Positions 35,353-44,934 of a stretch of 64,000 nt of DNA are shown here, in pieces (positions within the stretch are counted from its first letter, which is position 1; every line of letters starts with the position of its first letter). The DNA is taken from the sequence record KJ019103.1; one strand, given 5' to 3'. The position numbers were made by a program, and so were the translations under genes. The notes beneath the pieces are model-generated. The model searched no databases. It saw only the letters and a program-made list of their open reading frames with translations, and was not told where the DNA came from.

Positions 35353-37113
35353 ATGGGAAGGTTATTCGGTTTTTCAATTGAAGAAGATGACATCCAACGC
35401 CCCGGATCGATAAGTCCGGTTCCCGAAAATAACCAGGATGGTGTAGATTACTATGCCTCTGGTGGTGCGTTTGGTTCTTCTTACGTTGATATTGAAGGTG
35501 TATTTAGAACAGAGTATGATCTGATTCGTAGATACAGAGAAATGGCACTCTACCCCGAAGTGGATTGTGCGGTAGAAGATATTGTCAATGAAGCAATTGT
35601 TAGTGACCTATATGAATCACCAGTTCAGATTGAACTCAGTAATGTAGATGCTAGTGAGAAAGTAAAGAATATTATTCGTGATGAGTTCAAATACATCAAG
35701 GAGATGTTGGACTTTGATAAGAGAGCACACGAGATTTTCCGTAACTGGTATATCGACGGTCGTATGCACTACCTAAAGGTTATCGACTTCGAGAGACCCC
35801 AAGATGGTATTATGGATCTACGATATATTGATCCTATGAAGATCAAGTTTGTTCGTAAGATCAATAATAAAGCACAAAATAGTCCCATTGCAAGTAAGGT
35901 ACTAACACTAAACAATACTGGAGCACAGATTCCTAACGGTAGAAACGATGCTTTCAGTGCTGGTATTGATGAGTATTATGTTTATACTCCTGGTGCATCT
36001 ACTGGTGGTTGTGGAACTGCGGGTATGGCAGTTGGTAACTCAGCACAATCATCTATCAAGATTGCTAAAGATTCAATTGCCTACTGTAACTCTGGTCTAG
36101 TTGATAGAAACGCACAGACAGTTTTATCCTGGATTCACAAGGCAATCAAAGCGGCCAATCAACTCCGTATGATTGAAGACTCTATTGTTATCTACAGACT
36201 ATCAAGAGCACCAGAAAGAAGAATCTTCTATATTGATGTTGGTAATCTACCCAAAGTAAAGGCAGAGCAATACCTACACCAGGTGATGCAGAGATATAGA
36301 AATAAGATGACGTATAACGCATCTACTGGTGAGATGAAGAGTGATAAGAAAGTACTTTCTATGTTGGAAGACTTCTGGTTGCCTAGAAGAGAAGGTGGTA
36401 GAGGAACAGAAATCTCTACACTTCCCGGTGGTCAGAACCTAGGTGAGATCAGTGACCTAGAGTATTTTAGGAATAGACTATATGATTCCCTAAACGTACC
36501 TCGTTCCAGACAACCTGGTTCCAGCGATGGTTTTAGTTTGGGACGTTCCAGTGAAATTCTAAGGGATGAAGTTAAGTTCTCCAAGTTCGTAGCTAGACTC
36601 CGTAAGAGATTTGCTGGTCTATTCAATGATATCCTAAAGACTCAACTGATTCTCAAGAATATCATTACTCCCGAAGATTGGGAGATGTTAAAGGATAACA
36701 TCCAGTATGATTTCCTCTATGACAACCATTTTGCCGAACTCAAAGATACTGAACTTATGCAGGAGAGATTCAATCTCCTAGCACAGGCAGAACCTTATAT
36801 CGGTAAGTATTATTCTCAACAGTATATCAGAACTAAAATCCTCCGTCAAACTGACGGTGAGATGGTAGAGGAAGATAAGCAGATTGAGAAAGAGATTGAG
36901 AGTGGGGCTATTCCAGATCCCGCTCTTATTGATCCCATTACTGGGGAACAAATGATTCCTGGTGGTGAATCTCCACCTGTTCCAGGAGAAGATCAACCTC
37001 AAGATGGTGTTGGTGGTAAAGCTGAAATGGGAGCCCCTATTCAAGATAATGATGTAAAGGTTAACATTGATCGGTCTACCAAAATGCCTGAAAAGGGATT
37101 AGGTGAAATCTAA
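35353..37113 (+). CDS. gp20: Portal protein gp20
   Basis: True start MGRLFGFSI at 35353 (the track's 35065 start overlaps g19); RAPERRIFYIDVGNLP, LEDFWLPRREGGRGTEI.TLPGG. Confidence 0.96.
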   Translation: MGRLFGFSIEEDDIQRPGSISPVPENNQDGVDYYASGGAFGSSYVDIEGVFRTEYDLIRRYREMALYPEVDCAVEDIVNEAIVSDLYESPVQIELSNVDASEKVKNIIRDEFKYIKEMLDFDKRAHEIFRNWYIDGRMHYLKVIDFERPQDGIMDLRYIDPMKIKFVRKINNKAQNSPIASKVLTLNNTGAQIPNGRNDAFSAGIDEYYVYTPGASTGGCGTAGMAVGNSAQSSIKIAKDSIAYCNSGLVDRNAQTVLSWIHKAIKAANQLRMIEDSIVIYRLSRAPERRIFYIDVGNLPKVKAEQYLHQVMQRYRNKMTYNASTGEMKSDKKVLSMLEDFWLPRREGGRGTEISTLPGGQNLGEISDLEYFRNRLYDSLNVPRSRQPGSSDGFSLGRSSEILRDEVKFSKFVARLRKRFAGLFNDILKTQLILKNIITPEDWEMLKDNIQYDFLYDNHFAELKDTELMQERFNLLAQAEPYIGKYYSQQYIRTKILRQTDGEMVEEDKQIEKEIESGAIPDPALIDPITGEQMIPGGESPPVPGEDQPQDGVGGKAEMGAPIQDNDVKVNIDRSTKMPEKGLGEI

Positions 37114-37144
37114 ACCTAATAAATAAAACATATATCTTTTTATT

Positions 37145-37372
37145 ATGGAAATCGACACATCGGTTGTGGATGCCATTGTGAGTGGTGAAACACCCGCAGG
37201 TATTACACAATCCATTAAGGATCTTCTGTATGCAAAAGCAAGCGAAAGGGTTGATACCTATCGTGATGTAGTAGCAGACAGAATGTTTGGTGGTTCCGAA
37301 GTTCCCGAAGGGGAAACAGAAGAACCAGTAGCCGAACTTGAGAGTGATGAGGAAGGGGTAGAAGAAGAGTGA
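37145..37372 (+). CDS. Prohead core protein (gp67-like)
   Basis: 75 aa, acidic C-terminal tail, position between g20 and g21. Confidence 0.6.
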   Translation: MEIDTSVVDAIVSGETPAGITQSIKDLLYAKASERVDTYRDVVADRMFGGSEVPEGETEEPVAELESDEEGVEEE

Positions 37373-37626
37373 TTAAGATTGTATTCTCCGAGGTTGATAG
37401 TCCAACGGACTCTGACCAGGCAATCAGTCTCAACAACTCTAGTGGTGTTAGGGCAATTAATTGTTCTAAAAAACCATATCTACTCTACCTAATCGATAAC
37501 ATAAGTGGAGAGACTAGATCACTTACATTAGTGAGTAATGAAAGTCTTATCCTCAAAAAACACAGTTACGATAAGGTATATGCTTCATCGAAAACTGTTC
37601 GTATCGCTGGAGTAAGCATCTACTAA
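37369..37626 (+). CDS. Hypothetical protein
   Basis: 85-aa ORF, GTGA-coupled, ending 1 nt before g21. Confidence 0.6.
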   Translation: MIKIVFSEVDSPTDSDQAISLNNSSGVRAINCSKKPYLLYLIDNISGETRSLTLVSNESLILKKHSYDKVYASSKTVRIAGVSIY

Positions 37627-37627
37627 C

Positions 37628-38278
37628 ATGAAACTAATTACAGAAGAAATTAACAAGGTTGAATTTATTGTCGAAGAAAACAATGGCAAACAGTCATGTT
37701 TTATTGAGGGAAACTTCCTTCAGGGCAATATTAAAAACCGAAATGGTCGTGTCTATAGAACCGAGACACTAGCTCGTGAAGTTGCTCGTTACAATGAACA
37801 GTATGTTCAGAACGGACGAGCTCTCGGTGAACTTGGGCATCCTGATGGACCCACAGTTAACTTGGACCGAGTATCACATAACATTATTTCACTTCGTCAA
37901 GAGGGAAATAATTTCATAGGTAAGGCAAAACTTCTTGATACTCCTATGGGAAATATCGCTAAGAGCCTTATTGGTGAAGGTGTTAAACTTGGAGTTTCTT
38001 CTCGTGGTGTTGGTTCCATTAGTGAAACGAAGCAAGGATATAAGCTTGTTGGTGAAGACTTTATGTTGGCAACCGCAGCTGATATTGTAGCTGATCCTAG
38101 TGCCCCAGACGCTTTTGTTCAGGGTATCATGGAAGGGAAAGAGTGGGTTTTTGTTAATGGACTCTTGAGAGAGAGTGACATTAAGAGCACACAGTCTACA
38201 ATTGACAAACTAGTTGTCACAAAGGAACTTGAGGAGAAGAAGATTCAACTTTTTCAAGATTTTCTTTCAAATCTATAA
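37628..38278 (+). CDS. gp21: Prohead protease gp21
   Basis: MKLITE, IEG.FLQ...KNRNGRVY, ALGELGHP, LGVSSRG.GS, ADIVADPSAPDAFV.GIME. Confidence 0.97.
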   Translation: MKLITEEINKVEFIVEENNGKQSCFIEGNFLQGNIKNRNGRVYRTETLAREVARYNEQYVQNGRALGELGHPDGPTVNLDRVSHNIISLRQEGNNFIGKAKLLDTPMGNIAKSLIGEGVKLGVSSRGVGSISETKQGYKLVGEDFMLATAADIVADPSAPDAFVQGIMEGKEWVFVNGLLRESDIKSTQSTIDKLVVTKELEEKKIQLFQDFLSNL

Positions 38279-38282
38279 ACTC

Positions 38283-38290
38283 TATAAATA
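38283..38290 (+). promoter_or_regulatory. Late promoter TATAAATA upstream of g22
   Basis: Exact consensus. Confidence 0.8.
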
Positions 38291-38346
38291 AACATAGATT
38301 TATATTATATAAATTACACTCGTCGGTAGCAATCTAATTACAAGAC

Positions 38347-39450
38347 ATGGAAAACGTAGTAACGAAAGGTGCTAAGTCGGCTGAGGCTATGGATAAAGTC
38401 TCACCCAGCGTAGTACCCGGACAGTCAATCACCGATCTCGGTGGTCCTACTCCCGAAAACTATACTAATGAGCCTGACGGCTCTGCGAAGCTTAATGACG
38501 CCGGTGGTCCCCTCAAGAAAGTTGAGGATGTGGTCACCAAAGGCGCTAAGAAGTCAGAAGGTATGGAAAAGGCATCCCCAGAACCACCATCTGGTGGAAC
38601 AACTGATGCCCGATCCGCTTCTTCACAAGCTGAGAAAGTAACAACCAAACCCCCCGGTCAAACCACTAAGGAAGAGACTGAGGTAGAGGAAGAGGAAGTT
38701 CTTATTTCAGAAATTGATATTGAAGAAGACGTAACTGCACTTCTAAGTGGTGAGGAGCTCTCTGAAGAATTTCAGAGTAAGGCTCGTACCATCTTTGAAG
38801 CGGCCATCCGTAACAAGGTTGCTATCGCTAAAGAAGAACTCCAAGTAGCATACGAAACTCGCCTAGTTGAAGAACTAGAGCTAGTACGTGAGTCAGTCGC
38901 TAGTCGAGTTGACGCATACTTAGAGTACGTAGCCGATGAGTGGATGGCTGAAAATGCCATCGCCGTCGAACATGGACTAAGAACTGAAATGACAGAGAGC
39001 TTTATCTCTGGCATGAAGCAACTATTTGACAGTCACTATGTTTCAATCCCTGAAGAGAGATTTGATGTAGTAGAGTCCATGGTTGAGAAACTTGATGAAA
39101 TGGAAGAAAAACTCAATGAGCAAATTGAGCGTAACATCACCCTAAACAGCCGTTTAGGTCAAACTGTTGCTGAAGGTATCTTCATAGAAGTATCTGAAGG
39201 ATTAGCTGAAACCCAAAAGGATAAGCTTATCGCCCTTGCTGAAAACGTTGAGTTTGATAGTGAAGCAGGTTATCGTGAGAAACTAGAGAGTCTCAAGGAA
39301 TCTTATTTCCCTGGTAGACCCTCAACTATCGCGAGCAGAAACAGTGTAGAGGACCTTACTGAAGAGGTTAACGTTGGTGGGGAAGCCCGTCAGGTTACCG
39401 GTTCAATGGCCGCCTACCTACAGACACTCGATAGAGTTTCTAAAAAGTGA
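38347..39450 (+). CDS. gp22: Prohead core scaffold protein gp22
   Basis: Acidic coiled coil; FQSKARTIFEAA, YLEYVADEWM.EN, position before g23. Confidence 0.93.
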   Translation: MENVVTKGAKSAEAMDKVSPSVVPGQSITDLGGPTPENYTNEPDGSAKLNDAGGPLKKVEDVVTKGAKKSEGMEKASPEPPSGGTTDARSASSQAEKVTTKPPGQTTKEETEVEEEEVLISEIDIEEDVTALLSGEELSEEFQSKARTIFEAAIRNKVAIAKEELQVAYETRLVEELELVRESVASRVDAYLEYVADEWMAENAIAVEHGLRTEMTESFISGMKQLFDSHYVSIPEERFDVVESMVEKLDEMEEKLNEQIERNITLNSRLGQTVAEGIFIEVSEGLAETQKDKLIALAENVEFDSEAGYREKLESLKESYFPGRPSTIASRNSVEDLTEEVNVGGEARQVTGSMAAYLQTLDRVSKK

Positions 39451-39503
39451 ATTCTAAATTATTAGATCAAACAAAACATTTTTAACAATAGGTTTTAAAA
39501 CAA

Positions 39504-40907
39504 ATGTACAATTCCGCAAACTCCGAATTTCTCCAGGAGAAGTGGGCACCAATCCTCGAGCACGGTGAGTCCATCCAGGACGCACACAAGCGTGCCGTAA
39601 CTGCCCAACTTCTAGAGAACCAGGAAGTAGCCCTTTCCGAAGAGCGTGCTTTCCTTTCAGAAGCTCCAACAGTAAACACCGACCCCAACGCAACTGGCAA
39701 CGCTGGTTTCTCTGGTAATGGTGATCAATCAGTAGCTGGTTTCGATCCAGTACTTATCAGCCTCATCCGTCGTTCAATGCCTAACTTGATGGCATACGAC
39801 CTTTGTGGTGTTCAGCCAATGAACGGTCCTACCGGTCTTATCTTCGCGATGAGAAGCCGTTATGACTCACAGACAGGCGACGAGACCTTCTACAACGAAG
39901 TCAACTCTGCCTTCTCCGCACAGAACCAGTCCGGTACAGCTACTCAGGGTAACTACTCTGGTCAGGTTGGCGCTGGTAACACAGTTGGTTTCGGTACAAC
40001 CGCACAACGTGGTTCTAACCCCTCAATCCTCAACCCCGAGCCCGGTGACCAAGTTGGTTACAACGTAGGCCAGGGTATGTTGACCCAGGACGCTGAGAAC
40101 CTTGGCGAAACTGGTACAGAGTTCAATGAGATGGGCTTCTCAATCGAGAAGGTCACCGTAACTGCTAAGTCACGGGCACTCAAGGCCCAGTACAGCATGG
40201 AATTGGCTCAGGATCTCAAAGCGATCCACGGTCTAAACGCCGAAGCTGAACTATCTAACATCCTCGCCTCTGAAATTCTTTCAGAGATCAACAGAGAAGT
40301 TGTTAGAACTATCTACAAGTCAGCTGTATTCGGTGCTCAGAACAACGTAGCCACTCCTGGTGTATTTGACCTAGACGTTGATTCCAACGGTAGATGGTCA
40401 GTTGAGAAGTTCAAAGGACTTATCTTCCAGATCGAAAGAGACGCTAACGCGATCGCGCAACAAACTCGTAGAGGAAAGGGTAACTTCATCCTTTGTTCCG
40501 CGGATGTTGCTTCAGCTCTAACCATGGCTGGTGTACTTGACTACACCCCAGCACTCAACGCTAACCTTAACGTTGATGACACCGGTAACACCTTCGCTGG
40601 TGTTCTACAAGGTAAGTATAGAGTCTACATTGACCCATACGCAGCTAACGTCAGCAACAACCAGTACTATGTCGCTGGTTACAAAGGTTCCTCACCTTAT
40701 GACGCTGGTCTCTTTTATTGCCCCTACGTGCCATTGCAGATGGTCCGTTCAGTTGGACAGGACACCTTCCAGCCACGTATCGGATTTAAGACCCGTTACG
40801 GTATGGTCGCAAACCCATTCGCAGAAGGTCTTGAAGCTGGCTATGGCCGCATCACTCCTAACAGTAACGTCTACTACAGACGCGTTCAAGTGAAGAACTT
40901 GATGTGA
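39504..40907 (+). CDS. gp23: Major capsid protein gp23
   Basis: EKWAPIL, FDPVLISL.RR.MPNL.AYD..GVQPM.GPTG, SRALKA, YCPYVPL, GFKTRYG; probable gp21 cleavage at L-S-E53/A54. Confidence 0.98.
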   Translation: MYNSANSEFLQEKWAPILEHGESIQDAHKRAVTAQLLENQEVALSEERAFLSEAPTVNTDPNATGNAGFSGNGDQSVAGFDPVLISLIRRSMPNLMAYDLCGVQPMNGPTGLIFAMRSRYDSQTGDETFYNEVNSAFSAQNQSGTATQGNYSGQVGAGNTVGFGTTAQRGSNPSILNPEPGDQVGYNVGQGMLTQDAENLGETGTEFNEMGFSIEKVTVTAKSRALKAQYSMELAQDLKAIHGLNAEAELSNILASEILSEINREVVRTIYKSAVFGAQNNVATPGVFDLDVDSNGRWSVEKFKGLIFQIERDANAIAQQTRRGKGNFILCSADVASALTMAGVLDYTPALNANLNVDDTGNTFAGVLQGKYRVYIDPYAANVSNNQYYVAGYKGSSPYDAGLFYCPYVPLQMVRSVGQDTFQPRIGFKTRYGMVANPFAEGLEAGYGRITPNSNVYYRRVQVKNLM

Positions 40908-40959
40908 TCCAATAGCTCCGACGAGTTTTATCACATCAAACACTTACTGTGTTATACTT

Positions 40960-40985
40960 GGGGGACTTCGGTCCCCCTTTTTTTG
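40960..40985 (+). terminator. Rho-independent terminator after g23 with cUUCGg tetraloop
   Basis: GGGGGA-C-TTCG-G-TCCCCC followed by T8. Confidence 0.92.
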
Positions 40986-40989
40986 TGCT

Positions 40990-41349
40990 ATGGATGAGTT
41001 TAGTTGGTTTGTAGGTATATACGAGGGAGAGGGTTGCTTCGGCTCCCGTATCTGTAAGAAGAAATATAAGGATAGGGAGTATAGGAATGCTGGTATCTAC
41101 CTCACTATCAAGATGACCGATGAGGACACTATTGCCAGAGTTGCAAAGTTCCTAGGTCAGTCCTATGGTGTAGTGGATAGGAAGTATTCAGAGAGAACAG
41201 GTAGAAAGACCTTATACAGGGTTAGACAGATGGGAGGGGCTAGTAATGGTAAACTATATGACTTAGCCCAAAGGATGCTCCCACACCTATCACAGAGGAG
41301 ACAGGAACAGATCAGAGGACATATTGAGAAGGCTCAGAACCTAATATAA
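40990..41349 (+). CDS. Single-motif LAGLIDADG-family homing endonuclease-like protein
   Basis: 119 aa; N-terminal FSWFVGIYEGEGCF helix, then I-x-MTDEDTI-x-R and LPHLSQRRQEQI blocks; basic. Confidence 0.65.
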   Translation: MDEFSWFVGIYEGEGCFGSRICKKKYKDREYRNAGIYLTIKMTDEDTIARVAKFLGQSYGVVDRKYSERTGRKTLYRVRQMGGASNGKLYDLAQRMLPHLSQRRQEQIRGHIEKAQNLI

Positions 41350-41395
41350 GTGGTGATATCCCTACATCATGTTGCCGGACGCAAATACTTAATGT

Positions 41396-41403
41396 TATAA
41401 ATA
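41396..41403 (+). promoter_or_regulatory. Late promoter TATAAATA upstream of the OMP-like gene
   Basis: Exact consensus. Confidence 0.75.
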
Positions 41404-41463
41404 CTAGGAATACATACCTAGTGTATGTTTCATACTTAACAGTCCGTATTCGGAGAAGAATTA

Positions 41464-41871
41464 ATGAGTCTTAAAATGATTGCGCTAGCTAGTCTAGCTG
41501 CCCCCGCTGCACTACTAGCAGCACCTTCAGCACAAGCTGAAGTAATCTTTGCTGGCGAACCACAAGAACTAAGTGGTTTCTATGTAACCACCGAAGCCAA
41601 CTCTGGTTGGACCGGTGATGACTACAGAGGATCCATCATTGATGTTCGCGCTGGTTACGAAGCCGCACTTACAGACACAATCGACGCATATGTCGAAGTA
41701 GGTCCTGCCTTCCTAATGCCTGATGGTAGTGACAACACAACCGAAGTCGGAGCTGAGGTAGGTGCATCTATTGCCGCCACCGATCACCTAGAATTCTACG
41801 GAGAATTCGAAGTCATCTCTGGTGATCTTAATGATTATGGCACCAAGTTTGGCGCTACATATCGCTTTTAG
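41464..41871 (+). CDS. Secreted outer-membrane beta-barrel-like protein
   Basis: Signal peptide ending AQA/E, alternating amphipathic strands, C-terminal T-Y-R-F beta-signal. Confidence 0.7.
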   Translation: MSLKMIALASLAAPAALLAAPSAQAEVIFAGEPQELSGFYVTTEANSGWTGDDYRGSIIDVRAGYEAALTDTIDAYVEVGPAFLMPDGSDNTTEVGAEVGASIAATDHLEFYGEFEVISGDLNDYGTKFGATYRF

Positions 41872-41908
41872 TGTTATAATGTAAGTAGCTTGGGAAGCTG
41901 AGTTACTC

Positions 41909-41936
41909 ACCCCTACCCAAGCGGTGGGGGTTTTTT
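41909..41936 (+). terminator. Rho-independent terminator
   Basis: ACCCCTACC-CAAGC-GGTGGGGGT stem-loop plus T6. Confidence 0.8.
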
Positions 41937-41955
41937 ATTGCCTAGATAAACAACT

Positions 41956-42216
41956 ATGAACGGATCATTAGACCCAGACGAAAGAGTGTTGAGTGCTAAC
42001 TCCAAACTATCAGAAGTACCAGTATCCCTACAAAGGGCTATTGATATTCTTGGTTGGAATGATATAGACGACATTCGTGTAGAGATTGGTGGATGTGCTA
42101 CTAGTGGTATTCACCAGAAAGAAGACGCAAACCCAAAGTGGTCTCGTGAATTTGGTGATACTGTCTATAACAAGGACGCGTTTATTGTTATCAAAAATAG
42201 AAGCAGAAGTCAATGA
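41956..42216 (+). CDS. Hypothetical protein
   Basis: 86-aa ORF, ATGA-coupled to g3. Confidence 0.65.
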   Translation: MNGSLDPDERVLSANSKLSEVPVSLQRAIDILGWNDIDDIRVEIGGCATSGIHQKEDANPKWSREFGDTVYNKDAFIVIKNRSRSQ

Positions 42217-42794
42217 CCAACATCTACTACAAACAACTAGATAATAGAAACTTTATGAGTCCTATTGGATTCCAGTTTTCTATTGCTAGATATCCTAAAG
42301 TTTCTTTCTTTAGTAATAAAGCAGGACTACCTGAGATTCGTTTGGGTGGGGCAGAACAAGCCAACTATCTAAAACAGATTATGCACCCTGGAGACAGGGT
42401 AGAGTATGGTGAACTCAATATTGAGTTCCTAGTTGACGAAGATATGTTGAACTATACTCTCATTCATAACTGGATTACTGGTTTGGGATTCCCAGAGACT
42501 CCCCAACAATTCAAAGATATCACCACCAATCAAAAAGGTGAAGATGATATGAAGATCCAGTATAGTGATGGAACACTTGCTATTTTGAATAGTAACTATA
42601 ATACTATTGCGAAAGTTAAGTTCTGGGATCTATATCCCACTTCACTATCAACTCTTGAGTTCTCTGCTACAGATGCTGATATTAATTACTTTATTGCAAG
42701 TACAACATTCAGTTTCTTGTACTATCAGATCTTGGGTAAGGATAATGAACCCCTAACTCCTGAATTTGTAAACCAATCATTGAATACTCGATGA
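42213..42794 (+). CDS. gp3: Tail tube terminator / completion protein gp3
   Basis: NRNFMSPIGF.F, PGD...Y..L...FLVDE...NY..IHNWI.GLG.P, SDGTL.ILNS. Confidence 0.88.
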   Translation: MTNIYYKQLDNRNFMSPIGFQFSIARYPKVSFFSNKAGLPEIRLGGAEQANYLKQIMHPGDRVEYGELNIEFLVDEDMLNYTLIHNWITGLGFPETPQQFKDITTNQKGEDDMKIQYSDGTLAILNSNYNTIAKVKFWDLYPTSLSTLEFSATDADINYFIASTTFSFLYYQILGKDNEPLTPEFVNQSLNTR

Positions 42795-43225
42795 ACCTTG
42801 ATGAACTTCAATCCATGTGGGAGCGTGACTCCAAGATGGATATGGATAACTTACACGATGAATCACTAAAGATACCCCAACTTCACCAGAAATACTTTAC
42901 CCTGTATACTACTACCAAACTTCTAAAGAAGAAGGCAGAGGATACTATCAGTAAGGTGAGGTTGGAACGCCACAACTACTATAGTGGCAAAGCTTCCGCA
43001 GAGGTATATGTGGAGGAACCCTTTCCATATAAGGTAAGGGACAAAGAATCTATGAACCTACACCTGAACGCAGATGAAAAACTGACGAAGGTGAAGTTGA
43101 AAATACAGTATTACGAAATGATGTTGGAGTATCTTGAGGATGTCCTCAGGATGATTCATGCACGTGGATACCAAATTAAAAACAGTATAGATTTCCTCCG
43201 GTTCCAAGCAGGGATCGGCATGTAA
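42791..43225 (+). CDS. uvsY: Recombination mediator UvsY
   Basis: W..DS..D..NL..ESLKIPQLH.KY, RGYQIKN.I.F..F..G. Confidence 0.9.
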   Translation: MNLDELQSMWERDSKMDMDNLHDESLKIPQLHQKYFTLYTTTKLLKKKAEDTISKVRLERHNYYSGKASAEVYVEEPFPYKVRDKESMNLHLNADEKLTKVKLKIQYYEMMLEYLEDVLRMIHARGYQIKNSIDFLRFQAGIGM

Positions 43226-43230
43226 CAACT

Positions 43231-43419
43231 ATGAAACAATACGACTACTCAGTAGATCTCACAATAGCTGATGTAAAACTCATCCACCATTGTGTAACCA
43301 AGAGGATTGAAATGTGGGAGGGTTCTCCTGCACGTCCCCCAGAAGAACAAGAACACTTGTGGGCACTAAGGGATGGGTTTTTCACTATCATCCTAGAAGA
43401 AACATTTAATAGAAAGTAA
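43231..43419 (+). CDS. Small hypothetical protein
   Basis: 62-aa ORF between uvsY and uvsW. Confidence 0.6.
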   Translation: MKQYDYSVDLTIADVKLIHHCVTKRIEMWEGSPARPPEEQEHLWALRDGFFTIILEETFNRK

Positions 43420-43466
43420 TACTATTTGATGGCATATACATACTAATAGGTTATGCCTATTACATT

Positions 43467-44930
43467 ATGTCATCTGACTTGACTATAACCAAAGTTAATG
43501 AAGTATATTTAAAAGTAGATTGTGACCCTCATATTCAGTATGAGTTAAGGGATGCCTTCTGCTTTGAAGTTCCTGGTGCTAAATTCCATCCGTCATACAG
43601 AAAGAAGTTCTGGGATGGAAATATTCACCTGTTCTCACCACAGACTAGACAACTATACGTAGGTCTATTGGATAGACTGATTGCCTTCTGTGATCAGTAT
43701 GGGTATACGTATGCCTTTAAAGATAATAAGTTCTATGGTCTCCCATATGAGATTAACGAGAACATCTCCCCAGAAGGGGTTGCAGACTGGGTGAAATCCA
43801 TTACCAGTTATAAACCCCGTGACTATCAGTTGCACGGTATCTACGCCGCTCTACGGTCCAATAGGAAGTTGATTGTATCTCCTACTGCATCTGGTAAGTC
43901 ATTGATGATCTATGCCTTGGTGGCATACTACACACAGAAACACGAAAATATATTGATTGTTGTTCCTACTACATCCCTAGTGGAACAGATGTATAAGGAT
44001 TTTGCAGACTACGGGTTTGATGTGGGAACGAACTGCCATAAGATATATGCTGGACGAGAGAATACAACAGATAAACAAGTAACTATTACAACCTGGCAGT
44101 CTATCTACAAGTTACCTAAGACATACTTTCAGAAGTATAGTGTAGTGATTGGGGATGAGGCACACAACTTCAAGTCTAAGTCTCTAGTATCCATTATGAG
44201 CAAGTTGTGTGATGCAAAGTATAGATATGGGTTCACAGGTACTTTAGACGGGTCACAGACCCATAAGTGGGTGTTAGAGGGGTTGTTTGGTCCTTCATAC
44301 AATACCATCAGAACAAAAGAGTTGATGGAGGCGGGTCATGTTGCTAAATTAGACATCAAAGTTCTTCTACTGAAACATGATGAACAAATCTTTCCAAGAT
44401 TTGAGGATGAAATCCAATACCTAATTGGACATGAGAAGAGGAATAAGTTTATCAGTAACTTATCTTTAGATCTAAAAGGTAACACTCTAGTTCTCTTTGC
44501 TAGGGTGGAGAAACACGGAGAGGTCCTCTACAATCTAATAAATAGTAAGGCAGAAGAGGGTAGAAACGTCTTCTTCGTTCATGGTGGTGTTGATGTAGAG
44601 TCCAGAGAACAGGTACGAACTATTACTGAGAGGGAGAACAATGCTATTATCATTGCCTCTTATGGAGTTTATAGTACGGGTATTAACATTAAAAACCTAC
44701 ACAACGTTATCTTTGCTTCCCCATCTAAGTCCAGGATCAGGAACCTGCAATCGATTGGTAGGGTACTGAGAAAGGGAACAAATAAAGATAAGGCAATGTT
44801 ATATGACATTGCTGATGACTGCACAAAAGGATCAAGAAGAAACTACACACTTAATCATCTTATAGAGAGGATCAAGATTTACAACAATGAAAAGTTCAAT
44901 TATGACATAGTAAATATCAATCTAAGGTAA
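43467..44930 (+). CDS. uvsW: SF2 RNA-DNA/DNA helicase UvsW
   Basis: PRDYQ, SPTASGKS, GDEAH, YGFTGTL, STGINI..LH, LQSIGR.LR. Confidence 0.96.
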   Translation: MSSDLTITKVNEVYLKVDCDPHIQYELRDAFCFEVPGAKFHPSYRKKFWDGNIHLFSPQTRQLYVGLLDRLIAFCDQYGYTYAFKDNKFYGLPYEINENISPEGVADWVKSITSYKPRDYQLHGIYAALRSNRKLIVSPTASGKSLMIYALVAYYTQKHENILIVVPTTSLVEQMYKDFADYGFDVGTNCHKIYAGRENTTDKQVTITTWQSIYKLPKTYFQKYSVVIGDEAHNFKSKSLVSIMSKLCDAKYRYGFTGTLDGSQTHKWVLEGLFGPSYNTIRTKELMEAGHVAKLDIKVLLLKHDEQIFPRFEDEIQYLIGHEKRNKFISNLSLDLKGNTLVLFARVEKHGEVLYNLINSKAEEGRNVFFVHGGVDVESREQVRTITERENNAIIIASYGVYSTGINIKNLHNVIFASPSKSRIRNLQSIGRVLRKGTNKDKAMLYDIADDCTKGSRRNYTLNHLIERIKIYNNEKFNYDIVNINLR

Positions 44931-44934
44931 TCTT

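Noticed and set aside
41888-41926. tRNA or tRNA remnant (7-bp terminal stem)
   Set aside because: Too short, with no D or T arms and no CCA end.
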